Shown one piece after another: positions 10,921 through 22,164 of a stretch of 64,000 nt of DNA. How positions within the stretch are numbered: position 1 is the first letter of the stretch; the number at the start of each line of letters is the position of its first letter. Below the pieces are notes generated by a model. It was not told the origin of the DNA. It saw only the letters and a program-made list of their open reading frames with translations, and made no database searches. This DNA is from an uncultured bacterium (GTDB lineage: Bacteria > Acidobacteriota > HRBIN11 > JAKEFK01): positions 448,001 through 512,000 of the forward strand of contig CAVZQN010000008.1 of assembly GCA_963777505.1 (NCBI GenBank), given 5' to 3'. Both the position numbers and the translations under genes were made by a program.

Positions 10921-12693
10921 TTATTTCTTGCGGGTTGCAGTAAAGACACCGTTCGGCTGACTGATGACGACTGAAGTGATAGCAATCTCTTCGTTCGACT
11001 TAAATTCAACACTATAGCCTTCAAGGTTCTTAAGGTTAAATGATGTTCCGCGGACTGGATCAAGTTCGTAATCTGGTTGTCCAGGTACAGTCATCATCAA
11101 AATGTTCTCACCCCTTAACCATACTTTAATGACACTCCCTGCGAGATCGTATTCACCCACAAATTTTTGCACGAACTCGCGTTCACGCATTTTTAATTCA
11201 CCTACACGTTTAAATACAATTTGGTCTACGGCAGGCTCTAGCGGAAGAGATAGTCTATCCACTTCAGCCTTCCCATTCATTTGAAAACTGAACATCATTT
11301 GTTCATACACTACATTATCAGCGGCTTTGAAGACATCGTAATGATAATGATTTAAGACAGTTGGTAAATCGTTAAATGTAGCTCTTAGTTGATCACCTTC
11401 TAACGTTACATGAATTGTGCCGTATGCAGGGTGTTCATAATCGCCGACAAATTCACCGAGCGAATGTGAAGGTTGAGTTCCTAGTTTTCGATTAGGATCT
11501 CCGTTCTTTTCCAGTTTGACTTTGGTTTCTTCAGCCTTTTTGGTTTCATCATGAAAACGTTTGTTCCAATCAATCTCCTCTTTTCCCAGCAAACGATCGA
11601 TCAAATTTAATCTTAGAATTCCAGGAACATATGAGCCATCCATGTTTGATAGCGCAACTACACCTATTTTCCTTTCTGGAAGCAAAGACACGACAGCAGT
11701 AAATCCATCAATGCCTCCGGTGTGAGTTAGCATTTCTTCACCGCGATATGCAGTTACACCCCAGCCAAGCGCATAACTGTTGTAAAACAATTCCTTATAC
11801 GGCCGCGGCGTTGGAATGACTATCTGAGGCAAATGAGTTTCCAGAACGGTTGTAGATGAAAGGATTTGTTTATCTTTAAATCTGCCTTCGCTCAATTGCA
11901 TAACCATCCAGTTCGACATCTCTTTCACACTGGAGTTAATCGATCCGGCAGGTCCGACTGCTGTTATATTTCGGAATGGAATCTGTTTTACCTGCTCGTC
12001 TTCTTTGCGATATGGAAGAGCAAAGTCTTTTTTATTTTGAGTTTCCAAAACCGAAAAATTGCTTTCGTTCATTTCGAGAGGCACAAAAAAACGTTCCTTC
12101 ACAAAATCTTCCCAACTTTTCTTTGCAATCTGCTCAACAAGGTAACCTGCGGTCATAAACATTAAGTTTTGGTATTGAAATGCTTCACGAAAACCCCGGC
12201 TCGGTTCTAGATACTGCAGCCGTTCCACCATTTCTTTTCTGGAAAGAGATGAGCCATACCACATTGCATCATGTCTTGGCAGGCCCGAACGGTGTGTAAT
12301 TAAATCGCGCGGGGTCATGTGTTCGGTCACATAATCTTCATGCATTCGGAAGTCCGGCATGTATTCACGAATCGGACGATCCCATTCAATTTTTCCCTCT
12401 TCAACAAGTAACGCAAGGGCGGCACCTGTAAATGCTTTTGTGCACGATCCTATTGCAAAGATTGTGTCTTCAGTCACAGATTGTTTGTTTTCTACATCAC
12501 GAAAACCAAAACCTTTTGTGTAAATCAGTTGTCCGTCCTTGACTACAGCAACAGCGACGCCTGGAGCTTTCCACTCCTTCATGATTGTGTCTGCGAATTT
12601 TTCAAAGTCTTTAAATTCATTTTTCTGTTTGTCCGCTGAATATAAGGGAACTACAGCAACAAAAAGAAGAATTGCGACCCAGATTCGTTTCAT
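10921..12693 (-). CDS. Secreted serine hydrolase, beta-lactamase/AmpC family with DUF3471-like C-terminus
   Basis: SCTK (SxxK), YQN and HTGG motifs; GDYEHPAYG in the C-terminal domain; signal peptide. Confidence 0.9.
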   Translation of the reverse strand: MKRIWVAILLFVAVVPLYSADKQKNEFKDFEKFADTIMKEWKAPGVAVAVVKDGQLIYTKGFGFRDVENKQSVTEDTIFAIGSCTKAFTGAALALLVEEGKIEWDRPIREYMPDFRMHEDYVTEHMTPRDLITHRSGLPRHDAMWYGSSLSRKEMVERLQYLEPSRGFREAFQYQNLMFMTAGYLVEQIAKKSWEDFVKERFFVPLEMNESNFSVLETQNKKDFALPYRKEDEQVKQIPFRNITAVGPAGSINSSVKEMSNWMVMQLSEGRFKDKQILSSTTVLETHLPQIVIPTPRPYKELFYNSYALGWGVTAYRGEEMLTHTGGIDGFTAVVSLLPERKIGVVALSNMDGSYVPGILRLNLIDRLLGKEEIDWNKRFHDETKKAEETKVKLEKNGDPNRKLGTQPSHSLGEFVGDYEHPAYGTIHVTLEGDQLRATFNDLPTVLNHYHYDVFKAADNVVYEQMMFSFQMNGKAEVDRLSLPLEPAVDQIVFKRVGELKMREREFVQKFVGEYDLAGSVIKVWLRGENILMMTVPGQPDYELDPVRGTSFNLKNLEGYSVEFKSNEEIAITSVVISQPNGVFTATRKK

Positions 12694-12702
12694 ACAACCC
12701 CT

Positions 12703-14926
12703 TTAGGATGCGGAAATATAGCGTTCAAAGAATTCAAGAATCCGCAAAAGACGATCGATCCGTTGTTTCGGATTCCCAGTCCGTGACAAATCATGCGAAG
12801 CCTTTGGATAACGCACATATTCTACTGGCTTGTTCAAAATTTTCAGGCTCTTATAAAGCATTTCACTTTGGATCACTCCTGCACGCAAGTCCAGATCATC
12901 ATGTTTAATTAACAACGGAGTTTTGATTTCATTAACATACGTTAGATGGTGATTCGCGATCTAAAATCGTTTTGATCTCAGGCTGCCATGGGTACCCACC
13001 AAAGTGATCTGGAACTAATCTCCATGCGAGACCTTCACCCATAAACGTTGGTAAATAGTAAACTCCGCGTTGCGCAACTGCTGCTTTGAATCGATGATCA
13101 TGACCGACAATCCATGCAGTTAAATAGCCCGCGTAGGATCCGCCAGTAAGAACTTGACGATCCGCATCCACCCAGGGTTCCTTTGCAGCTTCTGTTGCGG
13201 CAGCCAGCACATCGCCGCCGGGTCCTTCACCCCAGTTTTGATAATTACTATGCACAAATTTATAACCGTAACCACCCGAACCACGCGGGTTTGCATAAAC
13301 AATTCCATAACCTCTGCCACAAAACATTTGGAATTCATGCCAGGTCGTATCTTCTCCAGGTCCCCACATTGCCGAAGGTCCGCCATGCATTTCAACAAGC
13401 AATGGATACTTTTTACCAGTCTCTACATTCGCAGGCTTCATGATCCAGTAATCAACTACTGTTCCATCCGGACGTGTTAATTTATGCGCTGTCGGATAGC
13501 TTAACTTTTTCGATTCCAGCCATTCTGCATTATGTTTTGTCAGACGTTTACTTCCTGATCCATCAAGATTTGATACGTATAGCTCATATGGATTCGCGAC
13601 TTCGGTTAAAGTAAATACAAGTTTTTTTGCACCAACAGCTAAATTACGTAACCCTGATTTAGATTCGGTAAGTCTCTGAATTTTTCCACCGGAAGCATCG
13701 ACACGGTTTAATGGAAATCCACCATCAGCAGTCGCAATGAAATAGAGTGATTTACTATCCTGACTCCACGAAAAGTCGTTTACATCGCGGTCCAGTTCTT
13801 TCGTTAAGAGCAAAGGATTGCCGCTGGAATAGGAAACTGAACCAAGCATATTCAGCGCATAACTCCGCTCTTTCAGCTCGCTGGCGACAAATGCAATTGA
13901 TTTTCCGTCGGGAGATGGGAGTGCGCTGGAAACGGAATAGTCTGGAAGATCTAAAAGCCTGCGAATGTTAGAGCCATCCGCGCGAATGATGTGAAGATCG
14001 CTATCTTGAACTCGATCCGGATGCTGCTTTGAATCTATCGAAGTTGCAGAAACAATTTCTTTACCGTCCGGCATCCATTCGCCTTCTTCAAATGAATAAA
14101 AGCCATTTGTTATTCTAAGAGGTTCAGCACCTTGCACTGCTTTAACAACAAATAAATGCTGATACGTGAGATTCGGTTGTAATTCAGTTTCTCCCTGAAG
14201 TTGTTGTCGATAAAAAACACGCGGATTCGAATCCGCCTCATTTCGGGCGAGCCATTCCCGAATTTCTTGAATCGACCCATCAGGATCTGCTTTCGGCTTT
14301 TCTGATTCTTTGTCATTCCAGTTAGCAACATCGCCTGATTTGCGGTTTGGACGTTCTTCCGGCCACTCAGGCGACTTTTTGTTATCGACTGACCCAAACA
14401 ACTCATGATGTGGAATTTCAGAAGCAAACAAAATCGAGTTGCCATCGGGTGACCAGCGTGGTGAAGATGCACCATGCTTCATCTTTGTGAGTTGCCATGC
14501 TTCCCCACCCTCAAGAGGCAACACCAAAATTTGGGATTTTTCCTCAACAGTCCGGACAAATGCAATCTGTTTTCCACCAGGATGCCAAACAGGATTGGAA
14601 GCGCCGCCTTCATGAAATGTAAGCTGACGAGGAGATTGAGTGCCATTGAGAGCTATAAGCCATAGTTGATTCCTGTATTCATATTCAGGCGCTTTCGAAG
14701 TCCTGGATTCTTTAGGCTTCTCTTCGTCCTTCTCTTTTTTCTCCTCAATACTGCGCACAACATATATAGCCTGAGTGCCGTCGGGAGAAATTCTTACGGA
14801 ACGAAGCTGTTTCATTTTTAGCAAATCGCTTGTAAGAATGTTTTCCTTCCCTGGAACGGTGGCAAATGTGAAGGCTCCGACGAGTAAAAAGCAGATGGCA
14901 AAAAGTGAGGCACCGAATCGGTTCAT
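12703..14926 (-). CDS. S9 family peptidase (beta-propeller plus hydrolase); +1 frameshift near 12945
   Basis: PD40-like WSPDG repeats, HGGP, GGSYAG, catalytic DLR and ASHDLSR. Removing one base restores ESPLTYVNEIKTPLLIKH. Confidence 0.9.
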
Positions 14927-15058
14927 GTATTTTCTCCCTGTAAGCGAGAGCTTACAACGAAATGATTTAGGAGCAAATGGGTTGAAGTTGCAGAACGGTG
15001 GGAAGTTCTAAATTGCCATGCATTGTACCACAGATTCTGATTATTTGTCAAGGGGTTC

Positions 15059-15094
15059 TTGTATTGAATATACAAGAAAATTATTATTATTTTT
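15059..15094 (+). promoter_or_regulatory. Promoter with leaderless geometry
   Basis: TTGTAT, 17 bp, TATTAT, 7 nt, ATG 15095; no SD. Confidence 0.55.
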
Positions 15095-15640
15095 ATGTTG
15101 AACAAAAAAGAACGCCTCCAAAGGATTTGCGAAGGAAAAGAGGTCCGTATTTTTGCCGCAAGACCTCCGGATATTCATACAGTTACATTTGTCGAGGCGT
15201 TTCGAAATTGCGGAAGGAATAATTGCCAGGCGTGTAAAGATAAAAAGAAACGTCCACATGGACCCTATTGGAACCTGAACTATACCGATGAACGCGGCCG
15301 GATGAAGACCGCCTACGTCGGGAAAAAGCTGCCTGATTTTGTTTCAGGAAGCCATAAAGTACTATTTGCCGATGTTCAAAGATACTGGAAACTGAATGAA
15401 GAATATCGTGAATCAAACATCCGGCATCGCATGGAAACGCAAAGGCTTAAACTGCAGATAGAATCCTTGTACGAGGAGCTTCGAATCAGCAAAAAACAAG
15501 CCCGAAAAAGCGGTGCGACTCCAGATAAATTATTTCGTGAACTTGTTAATAAATATCATCCGGATCGTCATCGCGGAACCACTTTTACAGCCGAAGATGT
15601 AATGAAAGATATTAACCGTCTCTGGCAGAAAATGAGGTAA
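15095..15640 (+). CDS. DUF6788-like zinc-ribbon domain, coiled coil and C-terminal J-domain-like HPD module
   Basis: CGRNNCQAC..HGPYW..GRMKTAYVGK at the N-terminus; LFRELVNKYHPDR..VMKDINRLW at the C-terminus. Confidence 0.7.
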   Translation: MLNKKERLQRICEGKEVRIFAARPPDIHTVTFVEAFRNCGRNNCQACKDKKKRPHGPYWNLNYTDERGRMKTAYVGKKLPDFVSGSHKVLFADVQRYWKLNEEYRESNIRHRMETQRLKLQIESLYEELRISKKQARKSGATPDKLFRELVNKYHPDRHRGTTFTAEDVMKDINRLWQKMR

Positions 15641-15646
15641 GAATCG

Positions 15647-16702
15647 ATGCGAAAGTTCGCATTCTACTTTCTTTTTTTATTCTCGCTTTGGGGTTCCTCA
15701 GAGACTATCAAAGCACCTGAACTCACACCCGCACTCACAAATCAGCACGAACAAGCAATCATCGATGAAGGAATCGCTTTACACAATCAGGGCAAATACG
15801 AAGAGGCGATTGCTAAATACAAGCAGGTTCTTGAAAAAAGTCCTGGAAATGTGCTCGCGATGTACGAAATGGCATTCTCATTTTTTGCTGCTGAAAAATA
15901 CGATGACGCTCTGAAGACCGCTGATGAAGGTGCTCGTTATAAATCAAGATACCTAGGCAAGTTTTACATGCTGATCGGCAATTCCTTAGACGGGCTTGGT
16001 AAGAACGATGAAGCAATCTCAGCATTTCGTCAAGCACTCGAAGTTGTTAATGATGATGGAATGATCCATTTCAATCTTGCAGTAACGCTTGTGAATACAG
16101 GAAAACCCAATGAGGCGCGTCCTCATTTAAAGAAATCAGTTCAGTTGAATCCAACACACATTACCAGTCATTACGCCCTGGCAAGAGTTTATTTCGATCA
16201 AGGCTATAGAATTCCCGGCATTCTGTCTATGCTAAGGTTTCTAAGCCTTGAACCGAAAACACAACGATCATCAAAAGCAATCGCTTTGCTGGATGAGAAT
16301 ATAGAAAAAGGTGTGGAATCAAAGTCTTCCCAAAAAGTTGAAGTTACTGTGAATTCGGATTCTCCCACGGATGAAGGAGAATTTAAGGGACTGGAATTAA
16401 TGATATCGCTAATTACTGCAGGTAAATATGTAAAGGATAAAAAAGAAAAAACGATCATGGAACAAAGAATTGAATTATTGAATGATTTATTCAAAGCAAT
16501 GGGTGAAGAGAAAGGAAAAGGAAATTTTGTGGTTGAGAACTATTTTCCGTATTTCGTTGACTTGCAAAAGAACGATCTTGTTGCGACGTTCACATACTAC
16601 ATTTATCAAAGCACGAATCGAGAAGCCGCTGCATGGATAGAACAACACGAAAATGAAATTCAAGCGTATGTAAAATGGTCAAACGATTTTGTAAGTCCAT
16701 AA
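15647..16702 (+). CDS. Secreted TPR protein
   Basis: Signal peptide; TPR motifs EGIALHNQGKYEEAIAKYKQVLEKSP and HFNLAVTLVNTGKPNEA. Confidence 0.85.
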   Translation: MRKFAFYFLFLFSLWGSSETIKAPELTPALTNQHEQAIIDEGIALHNQGKYEEAIAKYKQVLEKSPGNVLAMYEMAFSFFAAEKYDDALKTADEGARYKSRYLGKFYMLIGNSLDGLGKNDEAISAFRQALEVVNDDGMIHFNLAVTLVNTGKPNEARPHLKKSVQLNPTHITSHYALARVYFDQGYRIPGILSMLRFLSLEPKTQRSSKAIALLDENIEKGVESKSSQKVEVTVNSDSPTDEGEFKGLELMISLITAGKYVKDKKEKTIMEQRIELLNDLFKAMGEEKGKGNFVVENYFPYFVDLQKNDLVATFTYYIYQSTNREAAAWIEQHENEIQAYVKWSNDFVSP

Positions 16703-16705
16703 TTC

Positions 16706-17635
16706 TCAGGCCTTAGAGCTTCCGAAAATGTCTTCGTAAGCATATGCGATCGCTCCGGCGCAGATAGGGGCGACAAAGAAAACGCCGACTATACAGGCGA
16801 TTAAACCTGCACAAATTAGCAGACCACAAAGAATATTCAGCCATAAGAATCCGAAAAATGATTTCATTACAGTTTTGCGGCTGAGTTCCATCGCAGGCCA
16901 GAACTTCAGGCCTTTATCGATTATCAAAGGAAAGGTAAACATCCACAGTGCATATAATGCAATCGAAGCAAGGACTCCAATCGCAATACCCAGACAGCCC
17001 AAAACGCCAAAGATTTGGAACAACGATTCTGGAGGATTTCCTGCTGAACTGAATGCGGCCATGATGACAGGAATGAAAAATGGAGCAGCAACGATCATCA
17101 TCAAAAGGACTGGTACAAATGCAGTCACCAATCCTCCGAGTACTAGCTGTCCGGCCTGTCGCTGAAACCCTGCAAAAGCATCCCCTAACTCTGCTTTTCC
17201 CTCTCGGATCCACTTTAAGAAAAACCAGAAAAGTCCACCATAAAGGATTCCGTTCAAAAGGAATCCTCCGGGAATTGAGCCAGATCCGCCGAGTATGACT
17301 GCTATTAACGCAGTCGCAATAAAAATCGGTCCGAAATTATTTTTATAAAGTGCATAACTTCGGCGAATACAATCCATAGCATCTACTGAAACACTTCTGG
17401 TATCGATTACGGATTGAAGAGCTTGAGGATCTGCGGAAATCATTTGCGGCTGCTGTGGAGATGTTTTTGTCAGGTACGAAAACTCCGGAAATGACGAAAA
17501 GACTTTCCAATCACTTTCGCCTTCACGACGGATCATCGTTTTGCTGTCAATTCTCTTTTCTTCAAACCAATTTCGTACAACATCGGACCCGATCGGCCCG
17601 TATTCCTTTCCATCAGACCCAAGTATGTAGAACAT
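16706..17635 (-). CDS. GYF_2 (DUF4339) domain membrane protein
   Basis: FYILGSDGKEYGP..W..TMIRREGESDW..FPEF followed by several TM helices. Confidence 0.8.
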   Translation of the reverse strand: MFYILGSDGKEYGPIGSDVVRNWFEEKRIDSKTMIRREGESDWKVFSSFPEFSYLTKTSPQQPQMISADPQALQSVIDTRSVSVDAMDCIRRSYALYKNNFGPIFIATALIAVILGGSGSIPGGFLLNGILYGGLFWFFLKWIREGKAELGDAFAGFQRQAGQLVLGGLVTAFVPVLLMMIVAAPFFIPVIMAAFSSAGNPPESLFQIFGVLGCLGIAIGVLASIALYALWMFTFPLIIDKGLKFWPAMELSRKTVMKSFFGFLWLNILCGLLICAGLIACIVGVFFVAPICAGAIAYAYEDIFGSSKA

Positions 17636-17718
17636 ATTCGACCTCAACTTCGTCCTGATTCAGCCAGGAGTGAATTCATTATAGCCAATCAGCGCCGAGA
17701 AGAAGCGTCAAGTATTAC

Positions 17719-17733
17719 ATGAGTTTTTCTCAT
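17719..17733. promoter_or_regulatory. LysR-type T-N11-A operator
   Basis: ATGAG-TTTTT-CTCAT upstream of the MBL gene; a similar ATGAG-TGTAG-CTAAT sits at 19506-19520. Confidence 0.6.
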
Positions 17734-17804
17734 TAAAATTATGAAAACAATCAATTGGACTCATATATATGGATGAGAGATTATTGGATTGATGGAGTAA
17801 TGGA

Positions 17805-18596
17805 TTGATGAGAGTAAAACAAATACACAGTGATCTCTACGTTGCGATAGGCGATGCCTATGATTCGAATTGCACAATTCTACTTTCCAAGGGCGAAGCA
17901 TTGCTCATCGATGCAATGGCGCACAAAACCGATGCAGCTTGTCTAAAACAGCTTGTTGAAAGAGAGTTTAATTCCAAAGCAAAATTTATTATTTGCAGTC
18001 ATTTTTTCAGCGATCATCTGGCAGCTTTAAAGTTGTTTCCTGAAAGCGAGATCATTGCTCACAAGAATTACAACCACACGTTCGATCTTGAACGGTTCCG
18101 CTCCACAGAGGAAAAATCTTTTTTTGTAGAACCTACCATTCTCATTTCAGATGAACTATCGCTCCGGTGGGGAAAATATAACTTAAACCTGTTTTACAAT
18201 CCTGCGCACACAATGAGCACGATCAACATCGATATTCCGCAAGCCGATATAATTCATGTCGGCGATACGCTGGTTGGAAATATTGTGTATTTTACATACT
18301 CTTCTCCCACTATGTTTTTTCCCGCTTTAAATCGCATCAAAGAAAGAGGCAGAAAGAATTTGATTTCCAGCCATTTAGAACCACGCTCATCCGATGCAAT
18401 CGATCATGCAGTTTATTATCTAAAATCGTTAAAGGCGAGAGTCATTGATCTCAATCGCAACGAAGAAGATGTCTTAAGAATTGACTTGCAGGATTGTTTA
18501 CCGCCAAAAGTTGAAGCCACACCCTTTGAAACTATTTTTCATAAGCGCAACTTAAAATCTGTTGTTGAACAACAATTATTTGGTGAGACTTCCTGA
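17805..18596 (+). CDS. MBL-fold metallo-hydrolase with a variant metal motif
   Basis: ALLIDA, ICSHFFSDH, PAHT, HVGD, SSH. Confidence 0.8.
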   Translation: MMRVKQIHSDLYVAIGDAYDSNCTILLSKGEALLIDAMAHKTDAACLKQLVEREFNSKAKFIICSHFFSDHLAALKLFPESEIIAHKNYNHTFDLERFRSTEEKSFFVEPTILISDELSLRWGKYNLNLFYNPAHTMSTINIDIPQADIIHVGDTLVGNIVYFTYSSPTMFFPALNRIKERGRKNLISSHLEPRSSDAIDHAVYYLKSLKARVIDLNRNEEDVLRIDLQDCLPPKVEATPFETIFHKRNLKSVVEQQLFGETS

Positions 18597-19502
18597 ATGC
18601 GTCTTCTTTGCAGGCAGTGATTGATCAGCTAAGAGTTTTATGAACTCCTGAATGTATCGTGGTGCCGGAGGATTCTTAAGAGTGACAGCATGCCAGCTTC
18701 TGAATACACCTTTCTTTGTGAGACGAATTCCGCGAAGACTACGAGCTTTTAGATTCGGTGCTACAGCCCATTTCGCAAGCACACCGATTCCGAGTCCTGC
18801 TTTAACCATCTCCAGAATCGCTTCAGTCAACATGACTTTGTAAATCTTTTTTGGCATGATTCCAGCTGGATTCAGAATCTTTTGAAATACCAGGTTTTCT
18901 TCAAGTGGAACTGAATAAACAATCATCGGGTAATCCGCAAAATCTTGCGGTTTGAGATAGGAAACATTTGCAAGTGGATGTTGCGGCGACACAACTGCAA
19001 GAAGTTCATCTTTGAAGAGTCTGGAATATGTAAGATCTTTATCAGTCGTTTTGGTATATGCAAGCGCCAGATCCAGTTTGCCCTCCAGTAGTGCTTGCAC
19101 CGGTTGATGCGTTGCTTCAACAACAATTTGTACATCTACATCCGGAAAGGTTTTTTGGTAAAGCGAAAGCATTGAAGGCAGCCAGTGATAGCCGGTATTA
19201 CATTGTGTGCTGATTCGAAGACTGCCCTGCTGTCCCGATGCGAGGCGGCGAAGCGTACTTTCGGTTTGAACGAGTTCCTGTAAGACTTTTTCTGCTGAAT
19301 TCAGAAGCTTCTCGCCCGCTTCAGTAAGAACCAGCTTTTTCTTTAACCGAAGATAAAGAGGCGCCTTTAAACGTTCTTCAATTTCCTTCAGTTGATGGCT
19401 CAGGGCTGATTGCGTCAGATGCAAACGCTTGGCAGCTTTTGTCATTCCCCCTTCAAGGGCAATAGCTTGAACGAGTTCCAGATGGCGGATTTCAAGATCC
19501 AT
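18576..19502 (-). CDS. LysR-family transcriptional regulator
   Basis: HTH TKAAKRLHLTQSALSHQLKEIE and a substrate-binding domain. Confidence 0.95.
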   Translation of the reverse strand: MDLEIRHLELVQAIALEGGMTKAAKRLHLTQSALSHQLKEIEERLKAPLYLRLKKKLVLTEAGEKLLNSAEKVLQELVQTESTLRRLASGQQGSLRISTQCNTGYHWLPSMLSLYQKTFPDVDVQIVVEATHQPVQALLEGKLDLALAYTKTTDKDLTYSRLFKDELLAVVSPQHPLANVSYLKPQDFADYPMIVYSVPLEENLVFQKILNPAGIMPKKIYKVMLTEAILEMVKAGLGIGVLAKWAVAPNLKARSLRGIRLTKKGVFRSWHAVTLKNPPAPRYIQEFIKLLADQSLPAKKTHSGSLTK

Positions 19503-19537
19503 TACATGAGTGTAGCTAATCGATAATGCAATTTCAA
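19503..19537 (-). promoter_or_regulatory. Leaderless LysR promoter overlapped by a putative operator
   Basis: TTGAAA, 17 bp, TACACT, 6 nt, ATG. Confidence 0.6.
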
Positions 19538-19569
19538 TTAGTTTCCTAACCGCTAAGACGCAAAGTTTT

Positions 19570-22005
19570 TTATTCGTAGCGCAGGGCGATCATTGGATCC
19601 ACTTTTGTGGCACGAATTGCAGGAATACCCGAGGCCAGCAGAGCTACAAATAACAGTAACATCGCGATCGCTGCATAGGTTAGAGGATCCGTCGGGTTCA
19701 CATTGAACAACAAGCTTGACGCAAGACGTGTAATTCCTGCGGATGCGAGCAATCCTGCAATAGCACCAGTTCCCGCAAGCAGTAAACCCTGACGAAGGAT
19801 CATGCGCAAAACATCCTGTTGTTGAGCACCCAGTGCCATCCGGATTCCAATTTCGTGTGTTCGGCGTGAAGTCACATAAGAAATCACAGCATAGATTCCC
19901 GCAGAAGCAAGACACAGTGCAAGCAGAGCAAAGCATCCAAGCAAGATCATAGAAAAACGCTGCAGCCCAATCGATGTGCCAAGAACTTCATTCAGAGTTG
20001 CGACATCAAATACTGCCTGTTCGGGATCTAATTCAAGAATGGCTTTCCTGATTGCTGAGACATAGGTGGTGGGTTCCTTTTCGGTTCTTGCGACAAGCGT
20101 CATTGAATACGCGCCAAACATCGTGTTAGGAAAGTAAAATTGGTGAGGTGGTATGGTATTTAAACCGTATTGTTTTACATCCTTTACAACGCCGACAACG
20201 GTAAACCATGGCGTATCTTCCTTCGGCCCGGGAAAAAGACGGATGCGGCGCCCTAATGGATTCTGATTTGGCCAGAAATGTTTTACAAATGATTCACTGA
20301 CAATCGCAGACTTCGGAGCCTTTTCAGAATCTTGCTCCGTAAACAATCTGCCTTGAAGAAGTGGAATCCTCATCGCAGTAAAATAGCCGGGTGTAACAAC
20401 ATACATATCCGCTTCAGGTTCATCTTCAGGATTGTGATACTGACCTTCAATTGAAATCGTTCTGCCATCAAAGTTGTCGCTTAACGGTAAAACGGTAGTA
20501 AGACCAGCGGATTGGATTCCTGGAAGATTATTCACGCGCTGCATCACACGGTTGTAAAACGCAATCCGGTTATTATCTTCAGGATATTTAGCGCCTTGAA
20601 GTGCGAGATTCATCGTTATAACGCCTTGAGGATTAAAACCTGGATCGACATTATAGAGATGCAGTACGCTGCGCATAAAAAGGCCTGCGCCAATAAGCAA
20701 AATAATTGCAAGAGCCATTTCAGAAACAACAAGCAGTCCGCGTAATCGATTTTTTTGAATACCCGTTCCAGTGCCCCTTCCACCTTCTTTCAGCGCATCA
20801 TGCAAATTCATACTTTTTATGTGATGCGCTGGTGCAATTGCCAGCAAAAGACAACTCACGATCGTAACTGCTGCAGAAAAAAACAACACTGGAAAACTCA
20901 GTTGAATTTGAAGAAGCTGCGGCAGGACTTTGCCTCCTGCAGTACTTAACCCTTCTACTCCCCACAGCGCGAGCAATAGACCCAATAAACATCCTGCTAT
21001 TGAAAAGAGCAGACATTCGAAGAAAAGTTGCCGGATTAAAGCTGATACAGGAGCGCCAAGTGAAACACGGATTGCCATTTCACGTTCGCGTTCGGTTGTT
21101 CGAGCGAGCAAAAGATTCGCTATGTTTGCACATGCAATCAAAAGAACCAGGCCTGCGGCACCTGCAAGCAGATAGAGTGCAGACTTCAATTTGCCTGCAA
21201 ATTGATCCGGAAATGTAACGAGATTAATTCCACGCGACAGATTGTTTACTGGATAAAGCTTTTCCAGTCTTTTTGCTATGCCACTCATTTCTGATTGAGC
21301 ACTGCCAAGCGTTGTATTTGATTTCAAACGTCCGAATGCAAGCAAATGACGCGATCCACGTGCCTCATTGTCATAGGGTTCAGCAACTGGCCTGTAAATT
21401 TCAACGGATTTCGGAACGAGTCCAAGAGGCAAAGAATGAAAATCGGGAGGCATGACACCGACTACGGTATATTGTCGCGCATTCAATCTGATAACCTTTC
21501 CAATGATTTGGCGATCTCCGGCGAATTGGCGTTTCCAAATTCCGTAACTCAAAATGACAACAAAGTCCTTGCCTTCGATTTGATCTTCGGGTTGAAATGT
21601 ACGGCCCAGAAAAGGTTTGGCTTTCATAATCTTGAAGTAGCCGTCACCGACTTGCAGCGCAGAAACTCGTTCCGTTTCATTTCCACCAGAAAGACTCGGC
21701 CGCCATGATGTGAAGGTCGTTACATCTTCAAATGATTTGTTCTGCGCGCGATAATCTGCGATATCCGTTGCAGAAACTGGATCCTTATTTGTTCCGGCTC
21801 TGCCATTCGCTCCCCAAACAACAACAAGCCGATCGGGTTCAGGATAAGGAAGGCTTTTGATCAATACACCATATAGAACACTGAAGATTGCTGAGTTGGC
21901 TCCAATTCCAAGAGCCAGAATGCCGATTGCAAGAAGAGTAAATGCGGGCGCGCGTAATAACGACCGGAAACTGTAGCGTAAATCTTTCAAGATTTGATCT
22001 GTCAT
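19570..22005 (-). CDS. Duplicated MacB/FtsX ABC permease (acidobacterial ADOP type)
   Basis: [22 protein letters not shown]; [25 protein letters not shown]; [13 protein letters not shown]; ends [18 protein letters not shown] before 22005; no adjacent ATPase. Confidence 0.9.
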   Translation of the reverse strand: MTDQILKDLRYSFRSLLRAPAFTLLAIGILALGIGANSAIFSVLYGVLIKSLPYPEPDRLVVVWGANGRAGTNKDPVSATDIADYRAQNKSFEDVTTFTSWRPSLSGGNETERVSALQVGDGYFKIMKAKPFLGRTFQPEDQIEGKDFVVILSYGIWKRQFAGDRQIIGKVIRLNARQYTVVGVMPPDFHSLPLGLVPKSVEIYRPVAEPYDNEARGSRHLLAFGRLKSNTTLGSAQSEMSGIAKRLEKLYPVNNLSRGINLVTFPDQFAGKLKSALYLLAGAAGLVLLIACANIANLLLARTTEREREMAIRVSLGAPVSALIRQLFFECLLFSIAGCLLGLLLALWGVEGLSTAGGKVLPQLLQIQLSFPVLFFSAAVTIVSCLLLAIAPAHHIKSMNLHDALKEGGRGTGTGIQKNRLRGLLVVSEMALAIILLIGAGLFMRSVLHLYNVDPGFNPQGVITMNLALQGAKYPEDNNRIAFYNRVMQRVNNLPGIQSAGLTTVLPLSDNFDGRTISIEGQYHNPEDEPEADMYVVTPGYFTAMRIPLLQGRLFTEQDSEKAPKSAIVSESFVKHFWPNQNPLGRRIRLFPGPKEDTPWFTVVGVVKDVKQYGLNTIPPHQFYFPNTMFGAYSMTLVARTEKEPTTYVSAIRKAILELDPEQAVFDVATLNEVLGTSIGLQRFSMILLGCFALLALCLASAGIYAVISYVTSRRTHEIGIRMALGAQQQDVLRMILRQGLLLAGTGAIAGLLASAGITRLASSLLFNVNPTDPLTYAAIAMLLLFVALLASGIPAIRATKVDPMIALRYE

Positions 22006-22164
22006 GCTCTCCTCATCAGACCCATTTGAAGTAAAAATGGTTGGTCTTGAGTAAGCTTCTGCACATCTCGTGCCTGAACATGTCTCGAGATGAGAGAATA
22101 AGCAGGTAGATAAAGTTGACCGGTTGCGGGACACCCTCGTTCACAACCGGACATCGGATAAGGC

